Origin: Antedon mediterranea
Taxonomy: Eukaryota > Animalia > Echinodermata
Direction of reading: 5' to 3'
Length of the DNA: 64,000 bases
NCBI RefSeq assembly: GCF_964355755.1
Contig: NC_092672.1
Span: 18,365,237-18,429,236, forward strand
Part shown: positions 25,914-38,376 of the stretch, in pieces
How positions within the stretch are numbered: position 1 is the stretch's first letter
How the letters are laid out: each line of letters opens with the position of its first letter
Notes under the pieces: generated by a model
What the model was told of the DNA's origin: nothing
Database searches by the model: none
Seen by the model: only the letters and a program-made list of their open reading frames with translations
Position numbers and translations under genes: made by a program

Positions 25914-28900
25914 TAGACCAGGAGCCCAGAGGGGTCAACCTAGCTGGAAAGTTAACCAATTTCTATGCATGTGGCAATTATCTACGTACATATCAATGTA
26001 TGGAAATGACAGTCTGGCGCGTTTCTTTTGGTGGGTGTGGCTAGGAGGGACACTGTAAAGGGTAAAAAAAATGAGCTAGATCAGCTGAAAAGTTAACCCC
26101 ATGAAATATTTTGCAAATTGTTTGACATAGAATGAAATATAAGGAATGGCTATTGCCAGACGATTTTAGTGGTGGGGGGTGCCTGCCAGACCCCCATTTC
26201 TGGAGGGCCAAAAATGAGCTAGATCAGCTTAAAAGTTAACCCTCTAAAACTGGTGGGAAAATGTTCAATAAACTCATAACTATCATGAATGACCATTGCC
26301 AGACATTTTCAGTGGTGGATTGTGCCCGCCAGACCCCGTCAAACACCCCACCCACAACAAATTGAGCTAGATCAGCTGAAAAGTTAACCCCATGAAATAT
26401 TTTGCAAATTGTTTGACATAGAGTGAAATATAATGAATGGACATTGCCAGACGATTTTAGTGGTGGGGGGTGCCTGCCAGACCCCCATTTCTGGAGGGCC
26501 AAAAATGAACTAGATCAGCTTAAAAGTTAACCCTCTAAAACTGGTGGGAAAATGTTCAATGTACTCATAACTATTATGAATGACCATTGCCAGACATTTT
26601 CAGTGGTGGATTGTGCCCGCCAGACCCCGTCAAACACCCCCACTCCCAAAAATGAGCTAGATCAGCTGAAAAGCTAACCTTTTAAAACATGCTGTAGAAT
26701 GTTCAGCATGATCCCTAGTATAGTAAATGACCATTGCCAGACATTTTAAGTGGTGGGTTGTGTCCACCAGGCCCCCTCAAACACCCAACCCCCAAAAATG
26801 ACCCAGATTAGGCCAAGGGTTAACCACTGTAAAACTGGTGGGAAAATGTGTAGTATACTGTCAAGGATATGAATTGTCATTACCAGACATTTTTATTTGC
26901 TCATTATAGAACCACCCCATCCATCCAACCCCTTACCTAATTCACAAATGTGCCACTATGGTATATAAGCTCAACATAGTGTAAAATAGGTATTCAGAAC
27001 AAGACTTCTTTGTCTTTTTGTGGTGTGGAAAAAAGTAAATCAATTAGTCAATTGGTTTATGCAGTTAAAGGACATATTTAGAAACGGACTTATCTTCTAT
27101 AATGGTTCCCTAGAGAATAATGTTGTTGATTATCATCAACATTTCAAAACAAAGGCTTATTTTATTAAATGCATTTTAATTATGATAGAGAGTGGTACAT
27201 CATATTTCAAAGTGCTACATCTGCCAAACGGTAACGGCGGACAATGCTGCTGCATTACGTAAGAAAATGAAGTCTGACAAACATGCTGATACAACAAACA
27301 AGGTTTTTCTTATGAAACAACCTAAAAATTCAATTAGCTATCACCCTTTATGTCATAGGTATTACACTGCTGTGAAACAAAACAAAGTAGTGTCCTTCAG
27401 AAATCAGATGAGTGTGGCATGTTAAAGGGAACTTGCATATTTTGTGGAAAAGGCCGAAAAAATGGGAAAGAAGAGAAAAGGCTTAAGATAGCAACTGTTT
27501 CTGGGTGCAAGTCACTTTCCCAGCGGGTAAAATTTAAAAAAAACCAACGTATCAATAGTCTAATTCGGTGTGGCGTTGATCTGCCGAGTTCAGTTCTTCT
27601 AGAAACTGATAAACATGATGGTTCAACAGAAGAGCATTCATCTTATTGAAGTAACACATCTTATGGAAGTCACAAAAGGGCATTTTCATCCCTACTGAAA
27701 CATATTGAATTATTATTAAGTATTGGGAAAACAACGAGCTATACTTGTCTCTGATTTGCTAAGCTTTTACAAAATCGAATTTGTCAATAATGGAGGAAAA
27801 CTGATATCAACTCATATTCGTCCCAAAATCTTACAAGGAAAATTCAATAAAAATTAAAAGATGAAATCAAAGTAAAACCTGCAGACAGACGAAGAGGTAA
27901 CTTCATTTATAGATCACTTCTTCTAGGAGAAGAAGCCACTGCTCGACTTTATGATAATTCTGAACAATATGTACAGGATAATAAAATAAAATGGGCTGCT
28001 CTTCATCTTAGATCTATAATCATGCAGCTCCCACAGACAAAGACCTGCTACAGTTCAAAACTTAAAAGAGTGTGCTGCCAAGATACCATCACAGTTAGAA
28101 TTATTCTTTAGGAGTCTTCTTGGTGGCATCGACCAAAATGTTAATGATGCAAACAAAGACAAGTTTGATAGAAAGGTTATTTCCATTGCATCTGATGCCA
28201 TCTATAATGTATCTCGTGGAACTGTGAAACCATGGAAACACACTGTCGTTGGTTTATGTTTTACATCTCTGACAGGATCAAAACTGGCTATGCAAATTTT
28301 GACATTGTATTAGTAGTGAAAGCAAAGGCCTTGAGACTGAGTTTGCCTATTCAGTTCAAGATGATGAACGCGACGCCCCAGATGGTATCCGGCTTGACCC
28401 AACCTTGGCAACTGCATGTGTATGGGAGAATAATGATACAAATGTAGAAACACTTGATGGTAAAGAAACTCTACACACTACAGTTGGACATACATATCAG
28501 AATATATTGCATGACGACCAACTGCTCAATAGGAATACTATTGGATTTCGGGATGGTAGAAACAGGCGGAAATCTGTTGGAGTTGAAAGAGAAATACCAC
28601 CTTTTAGGATAGGTATAAATAAAGCTTTGTTTATAAGTTCCAATGCCACATCAACTACAAATGTTAGAGAATGTAGTACAATCACTGACAAACCAATGGA
28701 ATACCCAATACCACTGAAGGCATTGGATATGTATTGGTTTTGGAAACTGAATGATGGAGATACACCCCTACATGCCGGATTCATGAGCAAGTATATCAAT
28801 AATCATTTACCAGTTCAGTGCATTTGCTACAGGGATCCTATATCAAAATCCCCAACAAACAATGATGTGGTTAGAGAGAGAAAATGATCCAGACTATGGC

Positions 28901-30210
28901 TATTGCCAAGGAAACTGGCCAAGACTATGCAGACAAGACTATGCAGTTGTGATATATGATTTGGCAGTAGAATTAAAAGCTTACTCCATACAAACAATAC
29001 AATCCCCCCTATTTGATAAGCTTTTAGTATTACAGGGCAATTTTCACACAGAGTTGGCATTCTACGGAGCAGTTGGAACGTACATTAACGACAGCGGTAT
29101 CGAATATATTCTCCAAGAAGCAGATATCTTGGCTGAGGGGTCAATGATGGGTTTCATCAAAGGAAAGTTTTACAACGGGTGCACTAGAATTCACCAATTG
29201 CTTGTCAATGTCTTGGAGCAAAAGTTGTATAAACGCTTTCTTCAAGAAATAAATGCAGAAGATCATCACACATTTCAAGAAATAATGTCAACTGCACCTT
29301 TGGACCCATCATTGATTGAAGAGCATATATCGGATCCTGTTGTAATTAATCACCTGCAGAAGTACGAGAATTACTTCCAGTCAGTGCTTACTGGAAATAT
29401 AGGTTCAACAGCACAATTCTGGGCTATTTACATTTTTCTTATTAATTGACTCCATAGAGAACTTCAAAGATGTGTGAAAACAAATGATGTCACTGGCTAC
29501 ATTAATGTATTTCCAACCATATTATCTGTTTACTTTGCCCTGAACCGACCTAACTACGCCAGATGGGGAACTCTATTCATACAGAAACTGAAAAACGTTG
29601 ACCTAAAGTACTGGAAAAATTAGCATTTTCCATCAGACGTACAAATAAGCACTACAGTAGATCAGCTGTTGACCTTTCCTTAGAACAGACGGTCAATCGT
29701 GATTCTTCTTCAAATATGAGAGGGATTGTTGCCTTTCCTAATTCAGAAAATGCAATGCGCCAGTGGTCATTGACTATGAGTCAACGAGCCATGGCAGTCA
29801 CGGAGCTGAGAACATTTGCTGGTCTTGAATTGGGGGAAACTGCAACAGCTCAATGCCGTCCATCAAGAATAAAAAAGGACACATTGACAGTGAAACGGAA
29901 GAAACAGAGATTGAAGAATCAAGTGATTCTTATGGCGATGCATGGAGTGAAGAGGAATATATGGATTAATTTAAATAATTTGTGCAGAAAAGTCATAGCT
30001 TATTAAATAAGACTGTTTTTTGTTGTAACTAATGAAAACTACTGTAGATAGAATAAGGTACTATATAAAGTATCATATGCTAAAATGTCGGGTGTTTGAT
30101 ATTTGATGTAGTTCTCATTTTAGTCATTCATGCTGTTTTTTAGTGTACTTAATTGCTCCATATATTTTGTTTTATAAGTTTAGGTTTTGAGTTGATCTAG
30201 TTCATGTTTT

Positions 30211-30241
<31 letters not shown>

Positions 30242-31407
30242 TGGGGTATTTAATGGGTGTCTGGCGGACACAACCCACCACTTTAAATGGCTAGCAATGG
30301 TCATTTATTATACTAGGGATCATGCTGAACATTTTACAGCATGTTTTAAAAGGTTAGCTTTTCAGCTGATCTAGCTCATTTTTGGGAGTGGGGGTGTTTG
30401 ACGGGTCTGGCGGGCACAATACACCACTGAAAATGTCTGGCAATGGTCATTCATAATAGTTATGAGTACATTGAACATTCTCCCACCAGTTTTAGAGGGT
30501 TAACTTTTAAGCTGATCTAGCTCATTTTTGGCCCTCCAGAAATGGGGGTCTGGCAGGCACCCCCACCACTAAAATCGTCTGGCAATGTCCATTCATTTTA
30601 TTTCACTCTATGTCAAACAATTTGCAAAATATTTCACGGGGTTAACTTTTCAGCTGATCTAGCTCAATTTTTTGGGGGTGGGGTGTTTGACGGGGTCTGG
30701 CGGGCACAATCCACCACTGAAAATATCTGGCAATGGTCATTCATGATAGTTATGAGTTTATTGAAGATTTTCCCACCAGTTTCAGAGGGTTAACTTTTAA
30801 GCTGATCTAGCTCATTTTTGGCCCCCCCAGAAATGGGGGTCTGGCAGGCACCCCCCACCACTAAAATCGTCTGGCGATATTCATTCATTATATTTCACTC
30901 TATGTCAAACAATTTGCAAAATATTTTATGGGGTTAACTTTTTAGCTGATCTAGCTCAATTTTTGGGGGGTTGGGTGTTTGACGGGGTCTGGCGGGCACA
31001 ATCCACCACTGAAAATGTCTGGCAATGGTTATTCATGATAATTATGAGTTTATTGAACATTTTCCCACCAGTTTTAGAGGGTTAACTTTTAAGCTGATCT
31101 AGCTCATTTTTGACCCCCCAGAAATAGGGGTCTGGCAGGCACCCCCCACCACTAAAATCGTCTGGCAATGGCCATTCCTTATATTTCACTCTATGTCAAA
31201 CAATTTGCAAAATATTTCATGGGGTTAACTTTTCAGCTGATCTAGCTCTTTTTTTTTACCCTTTACAATGTCCCTCCTAGCCACACCCACCAAAAGAAAC
31301 GCGCCAGACTGTCATTTCCATACATTGATATGTACGTAGATAATTGCCACATGCATAGAAATTGGTTAACTTTCCAGCTAGGTTGACCCCTCTGGGCTCC
31401 TGCTCTA
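25914..31407 (+). mobile_element. Academ DNA transposon with long, internally repetitive TIRs and a 3-bp TTA TSD
   Basis: TAG...CTA termini; TTA at 25911-13 and 31408-10; the empty site TCTG-TTA-GTATG occurs in a paralogous repeat at ~58691-58702. Confidence 0.9.
27230..29885 (+). pseudogene. Academ transposase (frameshifted, C-terminal part deleted)
   Basis: WENNDTNVETLDGKETLHTTVG, VVIYDLAV..KAYSIQ, GNFHTELAFYGAVG, YFALNRPNYARWG, VDLSLEQTVNRD. Confidence 0.85.
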
Positions 31408-33463
31408 TTAGTATGTTGTATTAATATTACAATAAAGAAAGAAATAGGAAAATCTGACTTGTAGTTTTCGAAATATAGGGTCTAAATCATCGTCTAAAAT
31501 GATCGTTTTTAGCCACGAAAGAAGTAAGTTGGGGCCTCAGTCGACAAAATATATAAAGTTGTTTAGTTAACAGAATTCGAACAAATTCATTCATTGCTTT
31601 AACTTTGTGTAGTACCGATCAGAGAGACCATGTGACTTTATGGTACACGCGCGAGAGAAAATATTCCGCTGCCGGTTATTATGCGATTATGGCATTATGC
31701 ACACCATTAATGAAGAGAGTACAAACATAGCAAATCAAATCATTAAAATGTGAAAACAAAGACCTGCCACTTTTAATGCTCCTACGAAAACATTTATACA
31801 AAATAAGAACAGAGTCTGCAATGGTTTCAGCACTATCATCGTTAGGAGAGTACTCTAGAGTTGGCTGCAGTCGATATCGTAATAGATCAAAGCGTATAGC
31901 CTATTGCGATTGCATGTCGAGGAGGACGAAGGAGCTTGGGAAGTGGGAGACCAACTAAAAAATCACACGTAGGAAAATGGCTTTCTGCTAACATTTAAAG
32001 ACACTTTCCCTACAATTTGTGACGTTTTTTAAAAATAATACATATATCACTTTAAAAACATTAAACCAGGTTATTCCTTGTCTTAAATGTACGTCTTATG
32101 GTAATTTATGATAAAAAGTGAGAAACAATGCACTACCAAAGTAGCTCGCGGCGACTGACCTAGCTAGGCTTAGTTTTGTAGGCCTAGGTGGTGAACATCG
32201 GTAACGTACGAACATCGTACGCTAGCTATATACCTAGCCTGACGTTGTATAGTTGCTGCATTAATTGTTTAATTAATTTCAATTTTTGCCAGACTCCGTT
32301 GATACAAATTGGGGAAAACCCGGTATTTTCGATGAAAAGTTAGGAGTCTTCCATTTGTTTTGGCCTCACGATTGATCAAAAAGTGGGTGAATTACAGAAG
32401 AAAAACAGAAAAATATCAATCCGCGCGCAATGCATTTTGGGATTTATAGCGGGCCGCTATAATTATTAAAATCGACTTATTTTTCACATTTTTAACCATT
32501 CAAAGGCGAAAAAGGTTATCGCAATACCCCATAAAAAATGAGATCGGGATCCCGATCGGGATGCGGTGGAATCCCACCGGGATCGGCCGATCCCGGTGGG
32601 ATTAGACGATCCCACCGGGACGAACTCGGGATTTTTTTTTCGCAATATCGGGATAGACGGGATTTTTGTAAGAATTGCGGGATTTTGTACGCAATATCGG
32701 GATCGTGTTTTTAGACTGCGGGATTTTGTACGCAACAACGGGGTTGGCGGGATTTTGTTTATAAAATTACGGGATTTTGTACGCAACATCGAAATTGGCG
32801 GGATTTTGTTTATAAAATTACGGGATTTTGTACGCAAGATCGGGATTTTATACGCAACATCGGGATTTTATACGCAACATCGGGATTGGTGGGATTTTGT
32901 TTATAAAATTACGGGATTTTGTACGCAAGATCGGGATCGACAGGATTGTGTTTGTAGACACGGGATTTTGTACGCAACATCAGGATTGGCGGGATTTTGT
33001 TTGTAAACGTACGGGATTTTGTACGCAACATCGGGATTTTGTACGCAGTATTTTAATTTCATTGGGTAATACAGTAATTTGTAACAGACGGTAAGTTATT
33101 ATTTTATTACAGTTAATGTTGTTTTTGCTATGAATTGAGTTATTTTTGTTTTAAATACATGTACTAATGATCAAACCAGCCGTGCATTCCTTTGTACAAT
33201 AGTATTAATTCTAAAGACAATTTACTTTATGTACCGCACCTTTTGCTGCGCCGCCACGGCTACTTTGATCGTTATATAGTTAATCACATTATTATATCAT
33301 TATTAACACCTCATCTTCAGTATACTAACAACGAGTTTATTTCTTATCGTATTATTATCATCACACTTACCTTACTATGTTTACGTTTTACACCTTACCT
33401 TTCGATTAACATTTTTATGACCAAGTTGAGTTGCTTTAATATGTTGAGGGTATTACGCTATTT

Positions 33464-33700
33464 GTTTACCAGCTGATGAGTGCAATATGCACTCCTGCAT
33501 AGACAATGCATGTTTCGTTTTATGCAGGAGATCCGATCAATAGTTACCTCCAATAACATTAAGGATCGAAACAGCCATGCATCATCAATAGTAAGCTTTT
33601 ATTTTAAAAACATTTATGAGGTATTTTCTGAATTGTTTCCAGCAAAGATTAATTATTTATAAAACACATGATGATGATGATGGCTGTCCTGGGAATAAAC
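33464..33700 (+). ncRNA. Extended type I hammerhead-like ribozyme
   Basis: CTGATGA at 33473-79, GAAA at 33568-71, stem III ACAGCCAT/ATGGCTGT, GTC site at 33686-88, stem I GTTTACCAG/CTGG(GAA)TAAAC. Confidence 0.75.
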
Positions 33701-34476
33701 CCAGTTTTTTTTAATACTAATTTGTTAAAAATAATGTTTAAACAAATCCTGCAATTGCTAAGAGGTTGCTGTACGTTCACAGCAACCCAAGTGTCTTGCT
33801 GCAATGAATATACCGTCCAATGGCCCGGACGTAGGCCTACGTCTTGAAGTGATTTGAACGTTTAATAATTAATATTGAATACGTTATTAAATGAATAAAA
33901 TGTTGATGTTGTCATTGACTGTTATAGCTTTATTCTAGAATGGTAATTATTATAGTGAAATATGCAGATTACACGGGTATATAGAAATGAATTTGCTAAC
34001 TGGTGCAAAACAATTATCTCGATATTATAATAAAAAGACAAATGAAATGATTTTTGACTTTCGTACCTAATATGAGATTGATCCAATCACTAAAAGGAGA
34101 AAATTATGAGTAGGCCTAATCGTCTTGTATCCGTCATAATAAATGCAACAGGGCGTATTAATTTTTTTTTTTATTTTTGTACATTGTTTTTTATTTTCCA
34201 TTTTAATATATATATATATATATATGAATGTGTATTAAATGTGTATTTTCTAGTGGAAAAAGAATTATTCGAATAAACGCCCCGCTTTGAATAGGGAACC
34301 ACTCCACTCCTCAATAGAACATCTTGGAATAAACGTACACGGACGTTTATTTATTTAATAATAAATACACAATATTTTATTTGTAGTAGAATTCATTTAT
34401 CTACAATTTACCAAGCATATCTAGGGGTTGATTATACATGTACCATGTTATTACACTATACGCCTGAAAGTGTCAA

Positions 34477-34847
34477 CATAGAAAGGAATGCTGCAGTCTC
34501 CTCGTTCAGTTAATTCACACAGTCACGTGGTCTGGCTTGTTGGACGGCTTTTTGTCGGCATCTCTCTGTGTAGAGCAGGTACCAAGATCTATATTTAGAA
34601 ACTGACTGACTCTTTAGGCGTGGGAAGTTCTAGCGGAAAGTGGTTGTCTTGACGACATAGAAAGGAATGCTGCAGTCTCCTCGTTCAGGTCATTGAAAAA
34701 GTCACGTGGTCTGGCTTGTTGGACGGCTTTAATTGTCGGCATCTCTTTTGTGTAGACTGTAAAGCAGGTACCAAGATCTATATTTAGAAACTGACTCGAC
34801 TCTTTAGGCGTAGGAAGTTCTAGCGGAAAGTGGGTGTCTTGACGACA
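34477..34847. repeat. Tandem duplication of a ~180-190 bp unit
   Basis: ACATAGAAAGGAATGCTGCAG...GTCTTGACGAC occurs twice, with small indels. Confidence 0.9.
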
Positions 34848-36093
34848 GCTTTAAGCATTCATTGTTTTATGGAATGGGATTTCCTAAGTAAAAACCCTTA
34901 AATTTACAATTTTGTTTGTATTATTTTGACATAGGCCTAAGATTAGTACTCCAGAGTAACAGCATCACACCAGGAGTTAGTAATTAGACACGTTAGTATG
35001 GCCTGTAATTAATTATCATAACAAAATAATAATTTTAAGAACGTGCTTGTGAAAATAGCACGCAGCGCGCGATGGGAACTTGCGTACGCGCGCATCTCTT
35101 TCCCGCCTTGATTTAAATTTGTAACCAGACCACAGCAATTCTGGCCGGCTAGCGATGACGTACAACGCATTCAAACCGTAGGTGTTTTTGATAAATTCAT
35201 AGATTTATTCGTTGTGATTATTTATTAATTACACCTTATTGTTATACCCTATCATAGTGGCTCCTTTAGTTGAAATATAGGGCCTAGAAGCTCATATTTG
35301 TGTAGCATATATTGCAAGTCAAAAAAGTACAGTATTTTAGCCTGCCTCCTCTCCTTCCTCATCATCAGTAGTCTAGCCTACAACCGGCCCCCGGGAACCG
35401 GCCCCGCTCCCGTGCGTCGTAGGCCTCCTCCCTCCGCCTATTTGATACTAGGCCTTTGATACTAAGCTTTAATAGGTCTATATATTACAGTATTGTTATT
35501 TTGGTCTCTCCAGACACAATGGGAAAACTATTTTGTGCATATTAATAAATGTTTATCGTAGGCCTACACCACCATACTTAATATAATATTATGAATATTG
35601 CTTTGTGTAAAATTAAAAAGGACTTGAACTTGGAGTAAACAGGCAGATGAGAAGTACTAATAGGCCTAGTAGTAGTAGGCCTATTCCTATCCATATCTAT
35701 AGCCTAGGCTAGGCCTAATTCGGAAAAATTGAGGATCCGATGAATGATGATGAAGAAGGAACAGGCAAGTTAGGTTAGCCTACTACTAGACCTATACATG
35801 AATGGGTAAACTAGGCCTATAAATAACACGATCAGAATATTTATGATTGTAAAGGGGCAAAATATTTTCTAAGGTAAGTTATACTTAGGCCTATAGGCTA
35901 TCTATTTAGAATTTGAAGGATTATTGTTTTTAAAAGAAATGTAATTACTAACTGTAAACGTATAAACGGTAAACAAAAAAACACATACGTATCTGATTAG
36001 GCCTATATATAATATATTGCGCTTTTCGTTATATTTGTAGGAGTCATTGCAAAAACAACATTAGATGAAAAACACTTTTTGAAATTGAAATGG

Positions 36094-36340
36094 GTTTATC
36101 CCAGGACAACCATATCATCACCTTCATTTAATTTGTTTAGAAAATGTTCGAAAATTACTTTTTAAAAAGTGTTGTTTTACATTAATTACTGAGAATTTAT
36201 TAATTGGAAATATTATCGATGATGTTATGGCTGTTTCGATCCTTACAGTTAGGGAGGTGGCTATTGATTGGATCTCCTGCATAAAACGAAACATGCATTG
36301 TCTATGCAGGAGTGCATATTGCACTCATCAGCTGGTAAAC
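36094..36340 (-). ncRNA. Second extended hammerhead-like ribozyme
   Basis: On the minus strand: CTGATGA at 36331-25, GAAA at 36237-34, stem III ACAGCCATA/TATGGTTGT, GTC at 36107-05, then CTGGGATAAAC. Confidence 0.75.
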
Positions 36341-38376
36341 CAATAGCGTAATACCCTCAACATATTAAAGCAACTCAACTTGGTCATAAACATGTTAATC
36401 GAAAGGTATGGTGTAAAACGTAAACATAGTAAGGTAAGTGTGATGATAATAATACGATAAGAAATCAACTCGTTGTTAGTATTACTAAAGATGAGGTGTT
36501 AAATAATGATATAATAATGTAATTAACTATATAACGATCAAAGTAGCCGTGGCGGCCCAGCAAAAGGTGTGGTACATAAAGTAAACTGTCTTTAGAATTA
36601 ATACTGCTGGTACATGTATTTAAAACAAAAATAACTCAATTCAAAGCAAAAACAACATTAACCCTAATCAAATAATAACTTACCGTCTGTTACAAATTAC
36701 TGTCTTTCCTATAGCTTAATACCCTCAACAAGTTAACAAAACTCAACTTGGTCATCCAATATCGTAAAAACAATGAAAACCTATTCAATAATATAAAAAA
36801 ACTCCAAAGTGTTGTTTTAACTCGTTATTAAATCATAAACAACAAATCGTAAAAGATGGAACACTGATAATAATGCCGGATGAGTATTGCAGAGGGTTTT
36901 GAAAATCTCATATTTTTTGGCTATATTGTATTACTATGACATATTATCCTACATCGGCAGATCGGTGTTCAATCATTTACGATATTAATACAAATAATTA
37001 TTTAGAATAAATAATGGACATTGTTAGTAAAACAAAAAACTTATCACATATTTTATTCTGAAATAAAAGAAAAAAATATCAGACAACCAAAATGTTGCCA
37101 ATTACTACCGATAACAATGAATCAGTTTAATCATCATTTTAGTGTAAGATTTAAGCAAAATATTACCGTAATGAAATTTGTATATTTACTTTTATAACAG
37201 ATTTCTTTTAATTTCTAGATGTCTTTCCTTCATGGCGTAAAGAGTTCGGTAGAATCACAGTATTTCAGAACGGGAGTACCGACCAGGATTTTCTATTTAT
37301 AAGTCTAAATTTTGGCGGGATTAAATGTATTCGGCATAGTCGTCTTAAATTTACATCTCGATTTTTTGGCGAAATTTTAATCGGGATAATGCGCAAAAAC
37401 GAATTTTAACCGGGGTATCGATCGGGGTTCTTGGCGGGATCCCGATCGATATCCCGGTTAAAAATCCCGTTCGTTTTTGCGCATTATCCCGATTACAATT
37501 TCACCGATGATCGACCGAAATTCCCGACCAAAAATCCCGATTTTTCGTGAATCCCGATAAAAATCACGATGAAAATCCCGATACGGAATGAGTAATCGGG
37601 ATTCCCAAAAGATCGGGACGTCGTCCGGGACCCCGATATTTTCGACCGAAATTCCCGACCAAAAATCCCGATTTTTCGTGAATCCCGATGAAAAATCCCG
37701 ATACGGGATGGGTAATCGGGATTCCCAAAAGATCGGGACGTCGTCCGGGATCCCGATATTTTCGACCGAAATTCCCGACCAAAAATCCCGATTTTTCGTG
37801 AATCCCGATGAAAATCCCGATACGGGATGGGTAATCGGGAAATCCCAAAAATCGGGACGTCGTTCGAGATCCCGATATTTTCGACCGAAATTCCCGACCA
37901 AAAATCCCGATTTTTCGTGAATCCCGATAAAAATCCCGATATGGATGGGTAATCGGGATTCCCAAAAGATCGGGACGTCAATCGGGATCCCGATATTTTC
38001 GACCGAAATTCCCGACCAAAAATTTCGGTCGAAAATATCGGGATCACGGCGAGATCCCGGCGGGATCCCGACCGTGATATCGGCGGGATCCCGGATGTTT
38101 TTTCTATAGGGTAGGACCATATAATATTATTTTTACATTAAATATAGTTTGTGATCTTAAAATATATCTAAAAAACGTAGGGAAGGTGTCTTTAAGCATT
38201 CAGAGAAAGACAGTTATTGAATGGAGGAACTATATATTTCCTCCATGGTTATTGCTATTATTAAACAATGAGAAAGTAAGATGAGACCCACAACATAATA
38301 ATATGCCAATGTTTTCTTCTTTTTTTTCTCTGGATTTTTTGCGGGAACAAAAATAAAGTAAAATTAAATTTTAGGT

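Larger units (their letters stand above)
33071..36703. repeat. ~630-bp inverted repeat pair (33071-33705 and 36090-36703), probably Penelope pLTR-like or retrozyme-like units
   Basis: ACAGTAATTTGTAACAGACGGTAAG and its reverse complement mark the outer ends; each arm ends in a hammerhead-like fold. Confidence 0.85.
32527..38111. mobile_element. Non-autonomous EnSpm/CMC-type element with CGGGAT-core subterminal tandem repeats and a 2-bp TA TSD
   Basis: TA|CCCCATAAAAAA ... TTTTTCTATAGGG|TA; repeat arrays at ~32640-33050 and ~37510-38040 (~120-bp units). Confidence 0.75.
31999..38191. mobile_element. Non-autonomous Kolobok-like TIR element (TTAA-flanked) hosting an EnSpm-like insertion
   Basis: TTAA|AGACACTTTCCCTAC ... 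GTAGGGAAGGTGTCT|TTAA. Confidence 0.75.

Noticed and set aside
33480-33530. Possible small GT-AG intron whose removal would restore a canonical hammerhead
   Set aside because: Weak donor, and neither acceptor (33527 or 33530) yields a canonical core-stem II junction; cannot be supported without RNA data.
33480-33662. Paired ORFs MQYALLHRQCMFRFMQEI (also 36124-36324)
   Set aside because: By-product of the inverted repeat; start at non-ATG codons and diverge immediately after the structured region.
37458-38120. Long overlapping repetitive ORFs in several frames (also 32484-33094, 3591-3926, 5784-6081)
   Set aside because: Stop-poor tandem repeats open in many frames; no protein signature.
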